A stretch of 64,000 bases of DNA from positions 96,001-160,000 of the forward strand of contig CAVPLT010000002.1 in assembly GCA_963706325.1 (NCBI GenBank). Reading direction: 5' to 3'. A model generated the notes under the pieces. It did no database searches and was not told the DNA's origin. It was given only the letters and a program-made list of their open reading frames with translations. Below, in pieces: positions 19,461 through 30,445 of this stretch (positions are counted from its first letter, which is position 1; every line of letters begins with the position of its first letter). The position numbers were made by a program, and so were the translations under genes. Origin of the DNA: an uncultured Nitrospiraceae bacterium. Lineage in GTDB: Bacteria; Nitrospirota; Nitrospiria; Nitrospirales; Nitrospiraceae.

Positions 19461-20336
19461 ATGTGCAGCCCCTCACCACCAGCCACGCCCGACTTCAAAG
19501 GCGCTGCCCAAGAGCAGGGAACCGCAAATATTGAGGCGGCGAGGGCTCAAGGGAAATTAAACAACCCCAACGTCTACAGCCCTTACGGCTCGCAGACCGT
19601 CTCCTATGACGGTGATCAGCCGACCATCACGCAATCCTTCTCGCCTGAACAGCAGGCCATCTACGACCAGGGCAATGCGACGAAGCTCCAACTCAGCCAA
19701 CTGAGCGGGCAAGGGGCGCAAGCCCTGCAAGGCGTGGTCGGCAAGCAAGTGGATTTCGGCGGGGCTCCAGCTGCCCCTGGCGATTACTCGTCCATGCGCA
19801 ACCAGACCATCGACGCCATGATGGCGCGTCCAAAAGAGGACTACGCCAGGGCCACCGATCAAGCGCAATCCGACCTCGTAGCTGCAGGCATCCGCCCCGG
19901 CACCAAAGCCTACGACGACAAGATGAATCTGCTCCAACGCGGGTTGAACGACGCAGGCACGCAGGCCGCTGTGAATTCCGGCGTGCTGACCTCGCAGGCC
20001 TATCAGATGGATATGGACCGCCGCAAGCAGGCCATTACCGAACAGCTGGCACAACGTCAAGTGCCGCTCAACGAAATCACGGCGCTGATGTCAGGATCGC
20101 AAGTCTCGAACCCCTTCTCCACACCAGGCTTTGCCCAGAACGCGCAAGTCGGCGCCGCGCCGGTGTTTGCCGCGCAACAGGCTACCAGCCAATGGGATCG
20201 AGACAATAACAACGCCGACCGCGCGGCAATGGCTGGCCTCCAGACCGGCATGTTCCAATTGGGTGCGGCTGGGATCAGTGCGATGGGTGGTGGCGGCGGA
20301 GGCGGGAAGGGCGGGACCACGAACAACTACTATTAG
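19461..20336 (+). CDS. Phage DNA-transfer/ejection-type virion protein (orphan)
   Basis: MCSPSPPATPDFKGAAQEQGTAN...NNPNVYSPYGSQT..., Q/A-rich helices, GIRPGTKAY, QRQVPLNEITALMSGSQV, Gly-rich tail; resembles podovirus internal virion proteins. Confidence 0.62.
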   Translation: MCSPSPPATPDFKGAAQEQGTANIEAARAQGKLNNPNVYSPYGSQTVSYDGDQPTITQSFSPEQQAIYDQGNATKLQLSQLSGQGAQALQGVVGKQVDFGGAPAAPGDYSSMRNQTIDAMMARPKEDYARATDQAQSDLVAAGIRPGTKAYDDKMNLLQRGLNDAGTQAAVNSGVLTSQAYQMDMDRRKQAITEQLAQRQVPLNEITALMSGSQVSNPFSTPGFAQNAQVGAAPVFAAQQATSQWDRDNNNADRAAMAGLQTGMFQLGAAGISAMGGGGGGGKGGTTNNYY

Positions 20337-20423
20337 GCTTAAAACGACTACTCCCACCATCACAATTCTGCCTGGCCGCAGGGTCTCGGCCCGAGGCGTT
20401 TGGGAATAGCAAAAACGGCGGAC

Positions 20424-20843
20424 CTATGGTTCCGGAGTCTGAGTGGCCTTAACCGATGCCTCGGTGCATTCCGCCTCGATGAAGGCCGCCGTTGCATCGC
20501 GTCTCTCCCGAAGGGTTTGCTCGACTTCCGTGATTCCTTTATCCCGAAAATCCACAATCTCTCCATCTAGCACGGATAGGTTCGTGATGGATTGTCGGCA
20601 CTTACGGTCTGCCAAGGCCCGCAGATGTTGTTTCAGGATCGCATGTTGTTTGCTATGAGCGGTCTCGCGAACCGAGTTCATCCCGGCCGTGTCGCCCAAT
20701 GCCTTCGTAGCCTCCAATAACTCTTCCGGAATTGGAGTCTGATCAAAGACGGCCTTCAATTGTTCGACACTGTGAGCTCGCGCAGGAGGCGAATTGAACA
20801 GCAGGACACCTATGCATACATAGAAGAAGTAGTGCGCTCTCAT
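20424..20843 (-). CDS. Exported hypothetical protein
   Basis: Signal peptide ending ARA; 139 aa. Confidence 0.6.
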   Translation of the reverse strand: MRAHYFFYVCIGVLLFNSPPARAHSVEQLKAVFDQTPIPEELLEATKALGDTAGMNSVRETAHSKQHAILKQHLRALADRKCRQSITNLSVLDGEIVDFRDKGITEVEQTLRERRDATAAFIEAECTEASVKATQTPEP

Positions 20844-21564
20844 CGGTAGGCCGCCTTTCGTGTCGCGATCGCGGGTCGAGTATATAACATTTGGGTTCCT
20901 GTTCTACCTGACCCCGACTGTCCTGGTCCTGGACGTCAGACGGTAGCACCCTGGTGGCCCATCGCCCCCTTTACCTAGTCGGTGCTCTTTGAGGGCCGTG
21001 AGTCACCGCCCTCCACTCCCACGGCGGTACCGGATGCGGTTCAGCCCATTACATTCGATTCACCATCGGGACCTGGAATCCAACTCCATCAGCCTAGGCA
21101 TCGCAGTCTAGGCCGTGCCTCCTGGGATGGACCACGATCTTTTCTATTACCAGGTTTTTCACTAGTACCGCACCCCTTCCATGGGTGATCCAATGAAACC
21201 ACCTGAGTCTGTCGGACAACCGAGGGGAGACATTTAACACACTCTTCACTGAGCTCTGCCATGTGTAGGAGTTGTGACGTTGGGCAATGCTCGAGGCAAA
21301 GCTGATCCCCGATAAAAGTGCCTACTATTATCGCACGTGCTGATTGATGCCGGCTGTCTCACCGGGGTTGCCTCGCAATCGCGGTCTCGGGTGGGTGAGA
21401 TATAGCCATCTCTTCCAATTCCTACCCAAGCCTTTTTGAAAGGATCCTTATTCGGGAGGGGAACGACTTCAGGGACTCGTACCCCCGCCACCCCCGTTCC
21501 GCCCAGTTCGGGCAGCACACTTTCGAACTGCTGAATGTTCCGAGAACGAATCAGAGGCTATTCT

Positions 21565-22428
21565 ATGGCACCACTGCCTCGTGCGCTCCTTGCCGGTTTC
21601 CTGTTTCTTGTCCCCATCTGCACCTTCGCCGGATGTTCGCTGCTCAACCTTCCGGCAGCGATCCAGGGCGGATATTCCGTGCATGAGGCATCCTACGGCA
21701 CGGGCCCATTAGATAAACTCGACATTTATATCCCACGCGTCAGCCGTAAGGACAAACACGATGTCATTGTTTTTTATTATGGCGGCCGCTGGCGGTATGG
21801 GAAGAAAGAAAATTCTCGTTTTGTGGGCGCGGCGTTGGCCCGCCGAGGCTACGTGACGGTGATTCCAGAGTTTCGCAAATATCCTGAGGTCCATTTTCCG
21901 GTCTTCGTGGAGGATGGGGCGAGGGCGCTAGCATGGGTAGATGAGCACATCGCGGAGTATGCCGGGAGACCTGACCGCATCCACCTGGCAGGTCACTCGT
22001 CAGGGGCACATATGGCGGCACTGTTGACAGTCGATACGCACTATCTGGCAGCCGAAGGGAAGGACGCACGAGTGATCATAAAAGACTTTGCGGGATTAGC
22101 CGGCCCATATGCCTTTACCCCCGCAGACAAAGACCTCGTGGAGATCTTCGGCCCTCCCGACCGGTATCCCCAGATGCAGGCGACCACGTTCGTGAAGGGG
22201 AAGGAACCCCCCATGCTCTTGCTCTACGGGGTAGAGGACAAGACCGTTCTGTCCTATAACCATGAACGACTGGCACAGCGCATTCGTGAAAAAGGCGGCC
22301 ACGTGGAAGTGATCACGTATCCGGAGCTCGGTCATATTGGCATGATCGGCACCTTCTCTGGCTTCGGACCGCATTCTTCAGTCGTCGATGATATGACCAC
22401 GTTCTTTAAGACTCGGAATGGTGACTAA
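21565..22428 (+). CDS. Alpha/beta hydrolase (esterase) lipoprotein
   Basis: Lipobox FAGC, YGGRW oxyanion motif, GHSSG nucleophile, EDKTV, LGH. Confidence 0.88.
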   Translation: MAPLPRALLAGFLFLVPICTFAGCSLLNLPAAIQGGYSVHEASYGTGPLDKLDIYIPRVSRKDKHDVIVFYYGGRWRYGKKENSRFVGAALARRGYVTVIPEFRKYPEVHFPVFVEDGARALAWVDEHIAEYAGRPDRIHLAGHSSGAHMAALLTVDTHYLAAEGKDARVIIKDFAGLAGPYAFTPADKDLVEIFGPPDRYPQMQATTFVKGKEPPMLLLYGVEDKTVLSYNHERLAQRIREKGGHVEVITYPELGHIGMIGTFSGFGPHSSVVDDMTTFFKTRNGD

Positions 22429-22789
22429 GGCACGATATCTCCGAGAGCGGCGATGGCTACAAACTGCAGTGACAGTCGCCGCCTGTGTCCCGGTACTCGC
22501 CGGTGGCCTGGGAATGATCGCCGGGACGGCCATGCTGTCGAACACCACCGGGATCTCTCTTGATAATCATGTCCGTTATTTATCCGGTGTGTTATTCGCG
22601 ATGGGGCTGAGCTTTTTGGCCATCACCCCTAATATTGAGATACACACGGTGCCCATGCGGCTCTTAACGTTTTTAGTCGTGGTTGGCGGAGTCGCCCGTC
22701 TGGCGAGTGCTGTCTTTGTGGGGATGCCTTCCAGTTCGATGCTCCTTGCCATTGTTATGGAGCTGGTAGTGACACCCTTGTTGTGTTGA
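22418..22789 (+). CDS. DUF4345-type membrane protein (probable premature TGA near the C-terminus)
   Basis: LDNHVRYLSG, VGGVARL, ELVVTPLLC*WQSR. Confidence 0.7.
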   Translation: MVTKARYLRERRWLQTAVTVAACVPVLAGGLGMIAGTAMLSNTTGISLDNHVRYLSGVLFAMGLSFLAITPNIEIHTVPMRLLTFLVVVGGVARLASAVFVGMPSSSMLLAIVMELVVTPLLC

Positions 22790-22971
22790 TGGCAATCGCG
22801 ACTGGCGACACGGCCGTCAAATCTCTGATAAAGAAGTTAGCTATCCTGGATTCACCTTCAGGTGCCTTCGTATGCTTTTTCCGGCCTCCTCCAGGGCCTG
22901 GTGTGACCGCCAACCGTGCATGCTCGTGCCTCATGATCAATGCGTCGGTTATGGAGCATATGTCGTTGTTC

Positions 22972-23287
22972 TCACCCTCTGGCCACCAAATCGTCAGTCC
23001 TCAACGTGACCGTCTTCTTACATCGAGGACATCCCCAGTCGTTGAGGTCTAAGGTATTGCCAAAAACGACCGAGCTTCGCCTTTTGATAAAGCGGCTGCT
23101 GGCACATGGGGCAGGGGAAATGGTAGGTCTCGTCAATGATCCGCCAATCGATTTGATCTGGCATTTCCTTGTGTCGCTTCTTCTCCAGATAGGTGAAGGT
23201 AGCCCGCTTCGCATGGCGAACGGTCTCTTCCAGGGCGTTGAATCGCATCGGACGCAACAAGGCAGGATCGCTCACATCCTCCCTCAT
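22972..23287 (-). pseudogene. Small Zn-ribbon-tailed hypothetical protein, frameshifted
   Basis: CPMC in one frame and CPRCKKTV in the next. Confidence 0.35.
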
Positions 23288-23383
23288 CCCGCCGCGCTGT
23301 ACTTGGCAGCGCTTGAGTTGCCAATAGGACTCGAACGACACGTGCTGTTGAACCTCAAGCCGGACGATCATAGATCCTATCCT

Positions 23384-23692
23384 TTACGCTCGGTCATGTG
23401 CTTCGGCGTAGCCGCGGAGTCGGAGCTGGTCCTCCTCGGTCATGCTGATAAACTCGATGCCGGCTTCCCCCTGTGTCGCCCATCGCACCATCCCGACATC
23501 AATACGCACTGACGGGTGACGATCCACCTGCATCCGCAGTTGCACGCTTTGGCCTGGCTCTAAGGGGTACGCAGTCTCTACCCGACAACCCGGAACGGTC
23601 AGATCCCTTACCCGGCCTTCCCAATGGTGGCTTCCGCTGGTGACGATGACCAGGCCCGTGATCGGCTTTCCGAGACTATCTCCTGGCTTCAT
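23384..23692 (-). CDS. PilZ-domain protein
   Basis: GRVRDLTVPGCRVE...VRWATQGEAGIEF. Confidence 0.8.
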   Translation of the reverse strand: MKPGDSLGKPITGLVIVTSGSHHWEGRVRDLTVPGCRVETAYPLEPGQSVQLRMQVDRHPSVRIDVGMVRWATQGEAGIEFISMTEEDQLRLRGYAEAHDRA

Positions 23693-23738
23693 GGGTGCTC
23701 CTCATTGAAGAGAGTTCGTGGAGTGGAGAAAAATGGCT

Positions 23739-24059
23739 TCAGGCCGCGATAAGGGCCGAGGATTCCACGAGGCAGCGCTGCAATTGATCCTGGTCACGGG
23801 TGGAGAGGTCGCGAAATTCCACGGTGAACTCGTCCCAATGGCTCCAGATCACCTCGGCCTTCTGGACCCGGATCGGCCAGGCACTGCCGGGCAGGTAGAT
23901 GCGGAGCTCCAACCTGGCACCGGGTTCGGGGTGATGGGCGGTCTGAATGCTGTACCCGGTGGCCGAGAGGCGATCCACCCGCCCGGTCCACTCACAGAAC
24001 TCTCGGGCGGCGGCAGGACGATAATCTACTCGGCAGGGTACCTCGATCGTCGGCGCCAT
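23739..24059 (-). CDS. PilZ-domain protein
   Basis: LSATGYSI...LELRIYLPGSAWPIRVQKAEVIWSHWDEFTVEF; AAGGAG SD. Confidence 0.78.
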   Translation of the reverse strand: MAPTIEVPCRVDYRPAAAREFCEWTGRVDRLSATGYSIQTAHHPEPGARLELRIYLPGSAWPIRVQKAEVIWSHWDEFTVEFRDLSTRDQDQLQRCLVESSALIAA

Positions 24060-24330
24060 GGTCGGTTCTCCTTGTGTCGGTGTCGTGTGGTGCAAGTTTC
24101 AAGCGTAGCCGGGGAAGGCTGATCTGCCTATGCCACGGAGGACGGAGCACGAGGGAGTACGGAGGGAGGGAGAAAGGCGGAGAGTGCAGGCACGCTAGGA
24201 ATGGGTCAGCGACCTTACAAAGGCAGGAGTTTCGGGGATACAGCCGCCCAATAATCGTCGGCCTGCCATTCCGGTGAGCGTTGCACCTCTTGCGTTTACC
24301 GTGCATTCTTCGTAAGAAGAGCGATACGTC

Positions 24331-25911
24331 TTGCATTGGGAGCAAAACATCGCGACCTCTCCACACTCCAGGTGGCCTCTGTTTCAAGTCCTTGCGGCAG
24401 CCGTCGTCCTGCTCGGCATCGCCTTGATCCCTGTCGTTTTGGTCCAGATTCTCCCGCTGGTGGACTATCCCAACCACATGGCCAGAGTGCATATCTTGGC
24501 CGACGCGGGCCGCTCTCCCTGGCTCACCCAATACTATGAGATCCACTGGAACATTCTCCCCAACCTCGCAATGGATGTGGTGGCGCCCCCGCTCATCGAG
24601 TTCATGTCCACAGAAAACGCCGGCAAGGTTTTCATCGGTCTGACCTTCGCGTTGCTGGCAGGCGGCGTAATGACCTTCCACGCGGCTCTGCACCGGCGTT
24701 GGTCGCCCTGGCCTTTGCTGGCGTTCTTTTTTCTCTATAACAGCGTCTTCCTCTGGGGGTTTCTCAATTATCTGTTTGGGCTCGGGCTCGCCTTGTTCGC
24801 CTGCGCGCTCTGGATGAGACTCCGCGAGCGCTCCGCCGCCCTGGTCATTCCTTTGTTTTCACTGATAAGCACCGTCCTGTTCTTCGCCCACCTTTTTGCT
24901 TTCGGCGTCTTCGCCATGGTGGTCCTGACCTACGAGGTCGCCCAGTGGTGGAACCATCGTCGCGAACGTATGCCAGACTTCGGCAAACCCTGGTGGAAAG
25001 CGCTTCCCACCGTGGTGCTGCCGCTCATCCTGCTCCTACTGTCCCCCACCTTTAAATCCAATCCGGACAATGACCCTTTTTGGTATAGAGGGTTGAAACC
25101 GCCTGCCGTCGTTTTTCTTCCCCTGACGACGAAGCTCGAAGCGCTGAAGGGCACGCTTCGCACAGAGCACCTGACGCTTGATCGCGTGACGGGAGTCGTC
25201 CTCTTTGCTCTCCTGGCAGTCGGGCTGGCGCGGCGCCGCTGTTCTGTCTTGCCCTCGATGTACCTTCCGCTGGGAGTCCTGACGCTGGCGACCGCGGCCA
25301 TGCCCAGTTCAATCGGCAACACCGCGCTAGTCGATATTCGAATGCCCATCGCCCTTGTGTTGTTCGCCCTCGCAAGTTCTGACTGGCCGGTGACGAGCCG
25401 ACGGTGGCTGGTGCTGCTGGTATCGATACTAGGCATGTTATTTGTGGTCCGGATGGCCGCTATCACGAACGATTGGCGCGAAACAGATCGTTACTACCGC
25501 CAGTTCGTGCATCAACTCGACCAGCTGCCGGAGGGCACCCGTCTGTTGTCGGCTATCAAGCTGGCAACCTTTGACGCGTACTCTCACGCGGATGGACGGA
25601 TTCCCGAAGCCATGCCCATGAACAATCTTGCCTGTTGGGGAGTCCTCCGGCGATCAGTGTTCGTTTCGAACCTCTTTACGGCACCAGGACAGCAACCCAT
25701 TCAGCTTACTCCGGCTGTTCGAGCCCTGCTCACGATGGAAGAGTTCCTTGTCCAAGGTGATCCGATCCCATGGGACCGGATCGGCGACCAATACGACTAT
25801 GTGGTGATACGACGAAGTCGACGGCTGAAGCCCCCTGTCCCGGCAAACTTCACGCCAGTCGGTTCCGGGGATGCGTTCCAGTTTTATCGGACCGGAAGGG
25901 GAGCGCCCTAG
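24331..25911 (+). CDS. Polytopic membrane protein, probable GT-C glycosyltransferase
   Basis: About 10-12 hydrophobic segments, acidic first loop PLVDYPNHMAR, WGFLNY, and a soluble C-terminal domain. Confidence 0.65.
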   Translation: MHWEQNIATSPHSRWPLFQVLAAAVVLLGIALIPVVLVQILPLVDYPNHMARVHILADAGRSPWLTQYYEIHWNILPNLAMDVVAPPLIEFMSTENAGKVFIGLTFALLAGGVMTFHAALHRRWSPWPLLAFFFLYNSVFLWGFLNYLFGLGLALFACALWMRLRERSAALVIPLFSLISTVLFFAHLFAFGVFAMVVLTYEVAQWWNHRRERMPDFGKPWWKALPTVVLPLILLLLSPTFKSNPDNDPFWYRGLKPPAVVFLPLTTKLEALKGTLRTEHLTLDRVTGVVLFALLAVGLARRRCSVLPSMYLPLGVLTLATAAMPSSIGNTALVDIRMPIALVLFALASSDWPVTSRRWLVLLVSILGMLFVVRMAAITNDWRETDRYYRQFVHQLDQLPEGTRLLSAIKLATFDAYSHADGRIPEAMPMNNLACWGVLRRSVFVSNLFTAPGQQPIQLTPAVRALLTMEEFLVQGDPIPWDRIGDQYDYVVIRRSRRLKPPVPANFTPVGSGDAFQFYRTGRGAP

Positions 25912-25997
25912 GGAGTGGTCGTCATCCCAACCATTCATAGAGATGTAGCAGCACCGCGAAGGCCGGGGGGGTCTTTCTGGGGCCTAACGGCAGTTGA

Positions 25998-26262
25998 GTT
26001 CTTTCGTTTAATTCGTTTATTTCGTGAAGAGAAGCGCGACGGGCTGGCAGGGGATCCGGACCCGTGAGCAACTCCAAAGGCGAAGGGTCGGGGGGTCTGG
26101 AGGCAGAAACGGCAGTAACGCCCTCCGTCACAATCTGTCCCATTCCTCAGTTCGGTCGTTTATGTCGTTTCGGTCGTCTGCTCCCTTGGCAGAATGGGCG
26201 AACGCATCCCGCGCCTTCGAGACGCCTGGTCAGGGGCTTATTTCGCTAATTCGCTTATTTCG
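25998..26262. repeat. Three clusters of 9-bp iteron-like triplets
   Basis: rc 25998-26024 CGAAATAAA CGAATTAAA CGAAAGAAC; rc 26150-26176 CGACCGAAA CGACATAAA CGACCGAAC; rc 26237-26262 CGAAATAAG CGAATTAG CGAAATAAG. Confidence 0.65.
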
Positions 26263-26361
26263 CCAGTAGACGCAGCACGCAAGGCTGCCGTGGAGATGTG
26301 TGTAGCTAGGCCAGGGGTGCCCTTTATTGGGGTGGCCCCGCCGACAAACCGCGTGGGTCTT

Positions 26362-26382
26362 CTGGGTTGCGCCTGGGTTGCG
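26362..26382 (+). promoter_or_regulatory. Putative integrase arm-type sites (CTGGGTTGCG x2)
   Basis: ctgggttgcgcctgggttgcg, matching 7972-7991. Confidence 0.65.
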
Positions 26383-26476
26383 GAATTGCGGACGGCTTGC
26401 ACAATTTTGCCGTCTCTTGCACTGGGGCGGGCGACTATCTATAGCGTGGACAAGGACTTACGAGGAGTGGGAATCA

Positions 26477-26518
26477 GTTTTCAAGACCGGCACGTTCGGC
26501 CACTCCGTCACCCCTCCA
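26477..26518. repeat. att core, right copy (displaced 5' half of the host tRNA-Ser)
   Basis: Identical to 7869-7910; similarity ends just past the anticodon loop. Confidence 0.95.
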
Positions 26519-26538
26519 CACCGGCCGAGAACTGCTTA

Positions 26539-27879
<1,341 letters not shown>

Positions 27880-27965
27880 TCAATGAAGTGGGTGACGGTT
27901 TCGAGATGAGATGATCACAAAAAAGGCAATTGACAATGTCCGGCAGCGGCGGCACGATACAGATC

Positions 27966-28973
27966 ATGAAGCTCGTCACGAATCCACCAAAATCATTTGA
28001 AACGACGCAACGCGACGGCCTCGAACCGCCGAAGCGCGTGGAGGTTCAGCTCTTTGAGGACGACACCAAAGAGATTCTGAGCAGGAACGACAGTCCCGAT
28101 CTCCCATTTCGGTGGAGCGTAAACCCCTACAGAGGCTGCTTCCATGCTTGCGCCTACTGTTATGCCCGGCCGTCTCATGAATATTGGGGATTCGGCGCGG
28201 GATCGGATTTCGAATCTAAGATCGTGCTCAAGCGGCGTGCGGCGGAACTTCTGCGGCAGGCATTTGCCAAACCGTCCTGGAAAGGCGAGCTGATTGTATT
28301 TTCCGGCAATACGGATTGTTATCAGCCCATTGAATCAACGCTCGGCCTGACGCGAGCTTGTCTGGAAGTCTGCGCGGAACATCGAAACCCTGTCGGCATC
28401 ATCACGAAAGGGGCGCTGGTGGTTCGCGATTTGGATCTGTTTAGGCGCCTGCATGAGGAAGCCTCGATTCGGGTCTACTTTAGTATGGCGTTTGCCGATG
28501 ACGCCGTGGCGCGTGTGGTGGAACCGCAGGCGCCCAGTATCAGCAAACGCCTTGAGGCGATGCGCGTCTTGTCGGAGGCCGGTATTCCGACCGGAATTTC
28601 CGTGGCGCCGATCATTCCAGGTTTAAATGAAGATGCCATACCTCAGTTGTTGGCGCGCGCCAAATCTGCCGGCGCGACGACCGCGACCTGGAGCTTGCTC
28701 CGTTTGTCGGGGCATGTGGAGACCGTCTTTCTCGAACGCATGCGCGACGCATTTCCCGATCGCATCGCGAAAATCATCCATCGCATTCAAGAAGTACGGG
28801 GCGGCTCGCTGAATGATGCCGCGTTCTTCAGCCGGCATCACGGCAGCGGGACCTATTGGCGTTGTATTGAACAACTGTTTGAACTGGCATGTAGGCGTGC
28901 TGGTTTCGTCTCGGATGATCCACCGGTTCCGCAAACGTTCCGACGCATTCAGGCTCAACAATCATTGTTTTAA
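27966..28973 (+). CDS. Radical SAM protein, PA0069/Rv2578c (SplB-like) family
   Basis: NDSPDLPFRWSVNPYRGCFHACAYCYARPSHEY, NTDCYQPIE. Confidence 0.92.
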   Translation: MKLVTNPPKSFETTQRDGLEPPKRVEVQLFEDDTKEILSRNDSPDLPFRWSVNPYRGCFHACAYCYARPSHEYWGFGAGSDFESKIVLKRRAAELLRQAFAKPSWKGELIVFSGNTDCYQPIESTLGLTRACLEVCAEHRNPVGIITKGALVVRDLDLFRRLHEEASIRVYFSMAFADDAVARVVEPQAPSISKRLEAMRVLSEAGIPTGISVAPIIPGLNEDAIPQLLARAKSAGATTATWSLLRLSGHVETVFLERMRDAFPDRIAKIIHRIQEVRGGSLNDAAFFSRHHGSGTYWRCIEQLFELACRRAGFVSDDPPVPQTFRRIQAQQSLF

Positions 28974-28981
28974 ATGGAGAT

Positions 28982-29368
28982 GTGCTCGTGAAACATAACC
29001 CCGGATTCTTGAATGCGGTCGAAGCAGCCAAACAATATGTGTGCGAATGCACCGCCTCAGATGTAAAAACAAAAATGGATCGCGCCGAATCATTTCGTTT
29101 TGTCGATGTGCGTGAGGATAACGAATATGAGCAGGACCATGCGGCAGGAGCTATCCATCTCGGCAAGGGTATTATTGAACGGGATATTGAAACGGTGATT
29201 CCGAATAAGCACGAGCCGGTCGTCTTGTACTGCGGGGGTGGGTACCGGTCGGTTCTGGCGGCGGATAGCATTCGACGGATGGGGTACACCAACGTGATCT
29301 CTATGGATGGCGGAATGAAGGCTTGGCGCGAGGCGGGTTATCCCATTGAGAAGGGCCGTCATCCGTAA
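28982..29368 (+). CDS. Rhodanese-like sulfurtransferase
   Basis: VDVREDNEY, HLGKGIIERD, LYCGGGYRS. Confidence 0.92.
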   Translation: MLVKHNPGFLNAVEAAKQYVCECTASDVKTKMDRAESFRFVDVREDNEYEQDHAAGAIHLGKGIIERDIETVIPNKHEPVVLYCGGGYRSVLAADSIRRMGYTNVISMDGGMKAWREAGYPIEKGRHP

Positions 29369-29371
29369 GTC

Positions 29372-30442
29372 ATGTCCTTTTCAAGGCGCGAGCTTTTTCG
29401 CAACAGCGGCTTTGGTCTCCTCTTGCTCCCGGCCATTCTGCGATCCCCGCGGAACGTGCTTGGTCATCTGCTCTTCGACCCAGAGGGCCCGTTGGTCCCA
29501 CCTAAGCCTATTCCCCAGAATCTGTTCACGCGAAATGGAAAATCGGTGGTGTCGATCGTGCATGGGAAAGACCCTGGCCGCATGCTTCAACGCGCTATTG
29601 AGTTGCTGGGCGGAATTGATCGATTGGGCCTGCGGGGGAAACGTGTTTTACTCAAGCCCAACGTCTTGAACGATCGACCGCCCCCTTCGACCACCAATCC
29701 ACAGGTGGTCGGTGCGATGGGGAAGCTGGTCAAGCAGGCAGGCGCCGCCGAACTGGTGGTGGCGGATGGGTCGGGAATCATCCGGCTTCCGACTTCCGCA
29801 AACTTAACGACCACCGGCATGCGATCGGCGGCCGACTCTGCAGGGGCGAGAGTGCTTGCCTTAGAGGACGAATCATGGGTGCGTCTCGAACCTCCTGAGG
29901 CGCACGCCATCAGGAAGTTTTATGTTTCTCGACCGGTGTACGACGCCGACATCGTGATTAACATGCCGGTCATCAAAACGCACCGCTTCGCGGAGTTTTC
30001 CTGCAGCTTGAAGAACTTCGTGGGGGCCGTGCATCCTCGCTATCGGCCCTCCGTGACATTTTGGACCGGAGACTGGCACGAACGCATTGCTGAGGTAAAT
30101 CTCGCGGTGCATCCCGCGCTGACGGCTGCTGACGGCACCATGACCATGATCGAGGGCGGTCCGACCTCAGGCACGGCGGCGCAGACCGATTTATTGATAT
30201 GTAGCGGCGACCGTGTCGCCGTGGATTTAGTGGCGATTGCCTTGTTGCGCTCGTTCGGCACCTGGCCGAAGCTGCAGGGGAAGCGGATCGGGGATCAGCG
30301 ACAGGTCAAGCGCGCGGCCGAGTTGGGGCTCGGTGTGGGGTCAGGACGCGACATAGAACTGGTGAGCGGGGAGATAGAAGCGGCTCCACCAGCCTTTGTT
30401 CAGCTGGTGGAGCATATACAGCGGGACCTACTCGGCGAATAG
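29372..30442 (+). CDS. DUF362 protein with Tat signal
   Basis: SRRELF twin-Arg motif, VLLKPN, TTNP, INMPVIKTH, SLKNFVG. Confidence 0.88.
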   Translation: MSFSRRELFRNSGFGLLLLPAILRSPRNVLGHLLFDPEGPLVPPKPIPQNLFTRNGKSVVSIVHGKDPGRMLQRAIELLGGIDRLGLRGKRVLLKPNVLNDRPPPSTTNPQVVGAMGKLVKQAGAAELVVADGSGIIRLPTSANLTTTGMRSAADSAGARVLALEDESWVRLEPPEAHAIRKFYVSRPVYDADIVINMPVIKTHRFAEFSCSLKNFVGAVHPRYRPSVTFWTGDWHERIAEVNLAVHPALTAADGTMTMIEGGPTSGTAAQTDLLICSGDRVAVDLVAIALLRSFGTWPKLQGKRIGDQRQVKRAAELGLGVGSGRDIELVSGEIEAAPPAFVQLVEHIQRDLLGE

Positions 30443-30445
30443 CCG

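Larger units (their letters stand above)
7869..26518. mobile_element. ~18.6 kb integrative element (composite phage satellite/PICI-like island) inserted in tRNA-Ser(TGA)
   Basis: 42-bp direct repeats, a tyrosine integrase at the junction, arm-type repeats, a replication module and phage-type genes; host serS resumes 20 bp beyond the right repeat. Confidence 0.9.

Noticed and set aside
22787..22789. Selenocysteine read-through of the TGA in the DUF4345 gene
   Set aside because: The position lies in a hydrophobic helix end rather than a redox site, and no SECIS-like hairpin is evident. A nonsense change is simpler.
25998..26262. CRISPR or mini-array
   Set aside because: The units are 9-bp tandem triplets, not 25-40 bp repeats with regular spacers, and no cas genes are present.
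26477..26518. A fourth tRNA gene
   Set aside because: Only the 5' half is present, with no T arm or 3' acceptor strand. It is the att duplicate.
7869..26518. Complete prophage or ICE
   Set aside because: There are no capsid, portal, TerL, tail, lysis, relaxase or T4SS genes.
27966..30442. rSAM + rhodanese + DUF362 as a novel sulfur-insertion pathway
   Set aside because: The rSAM belongs to the widespread PA0069/SplB-like family, and nothing beyond adjacency supports a functional link.
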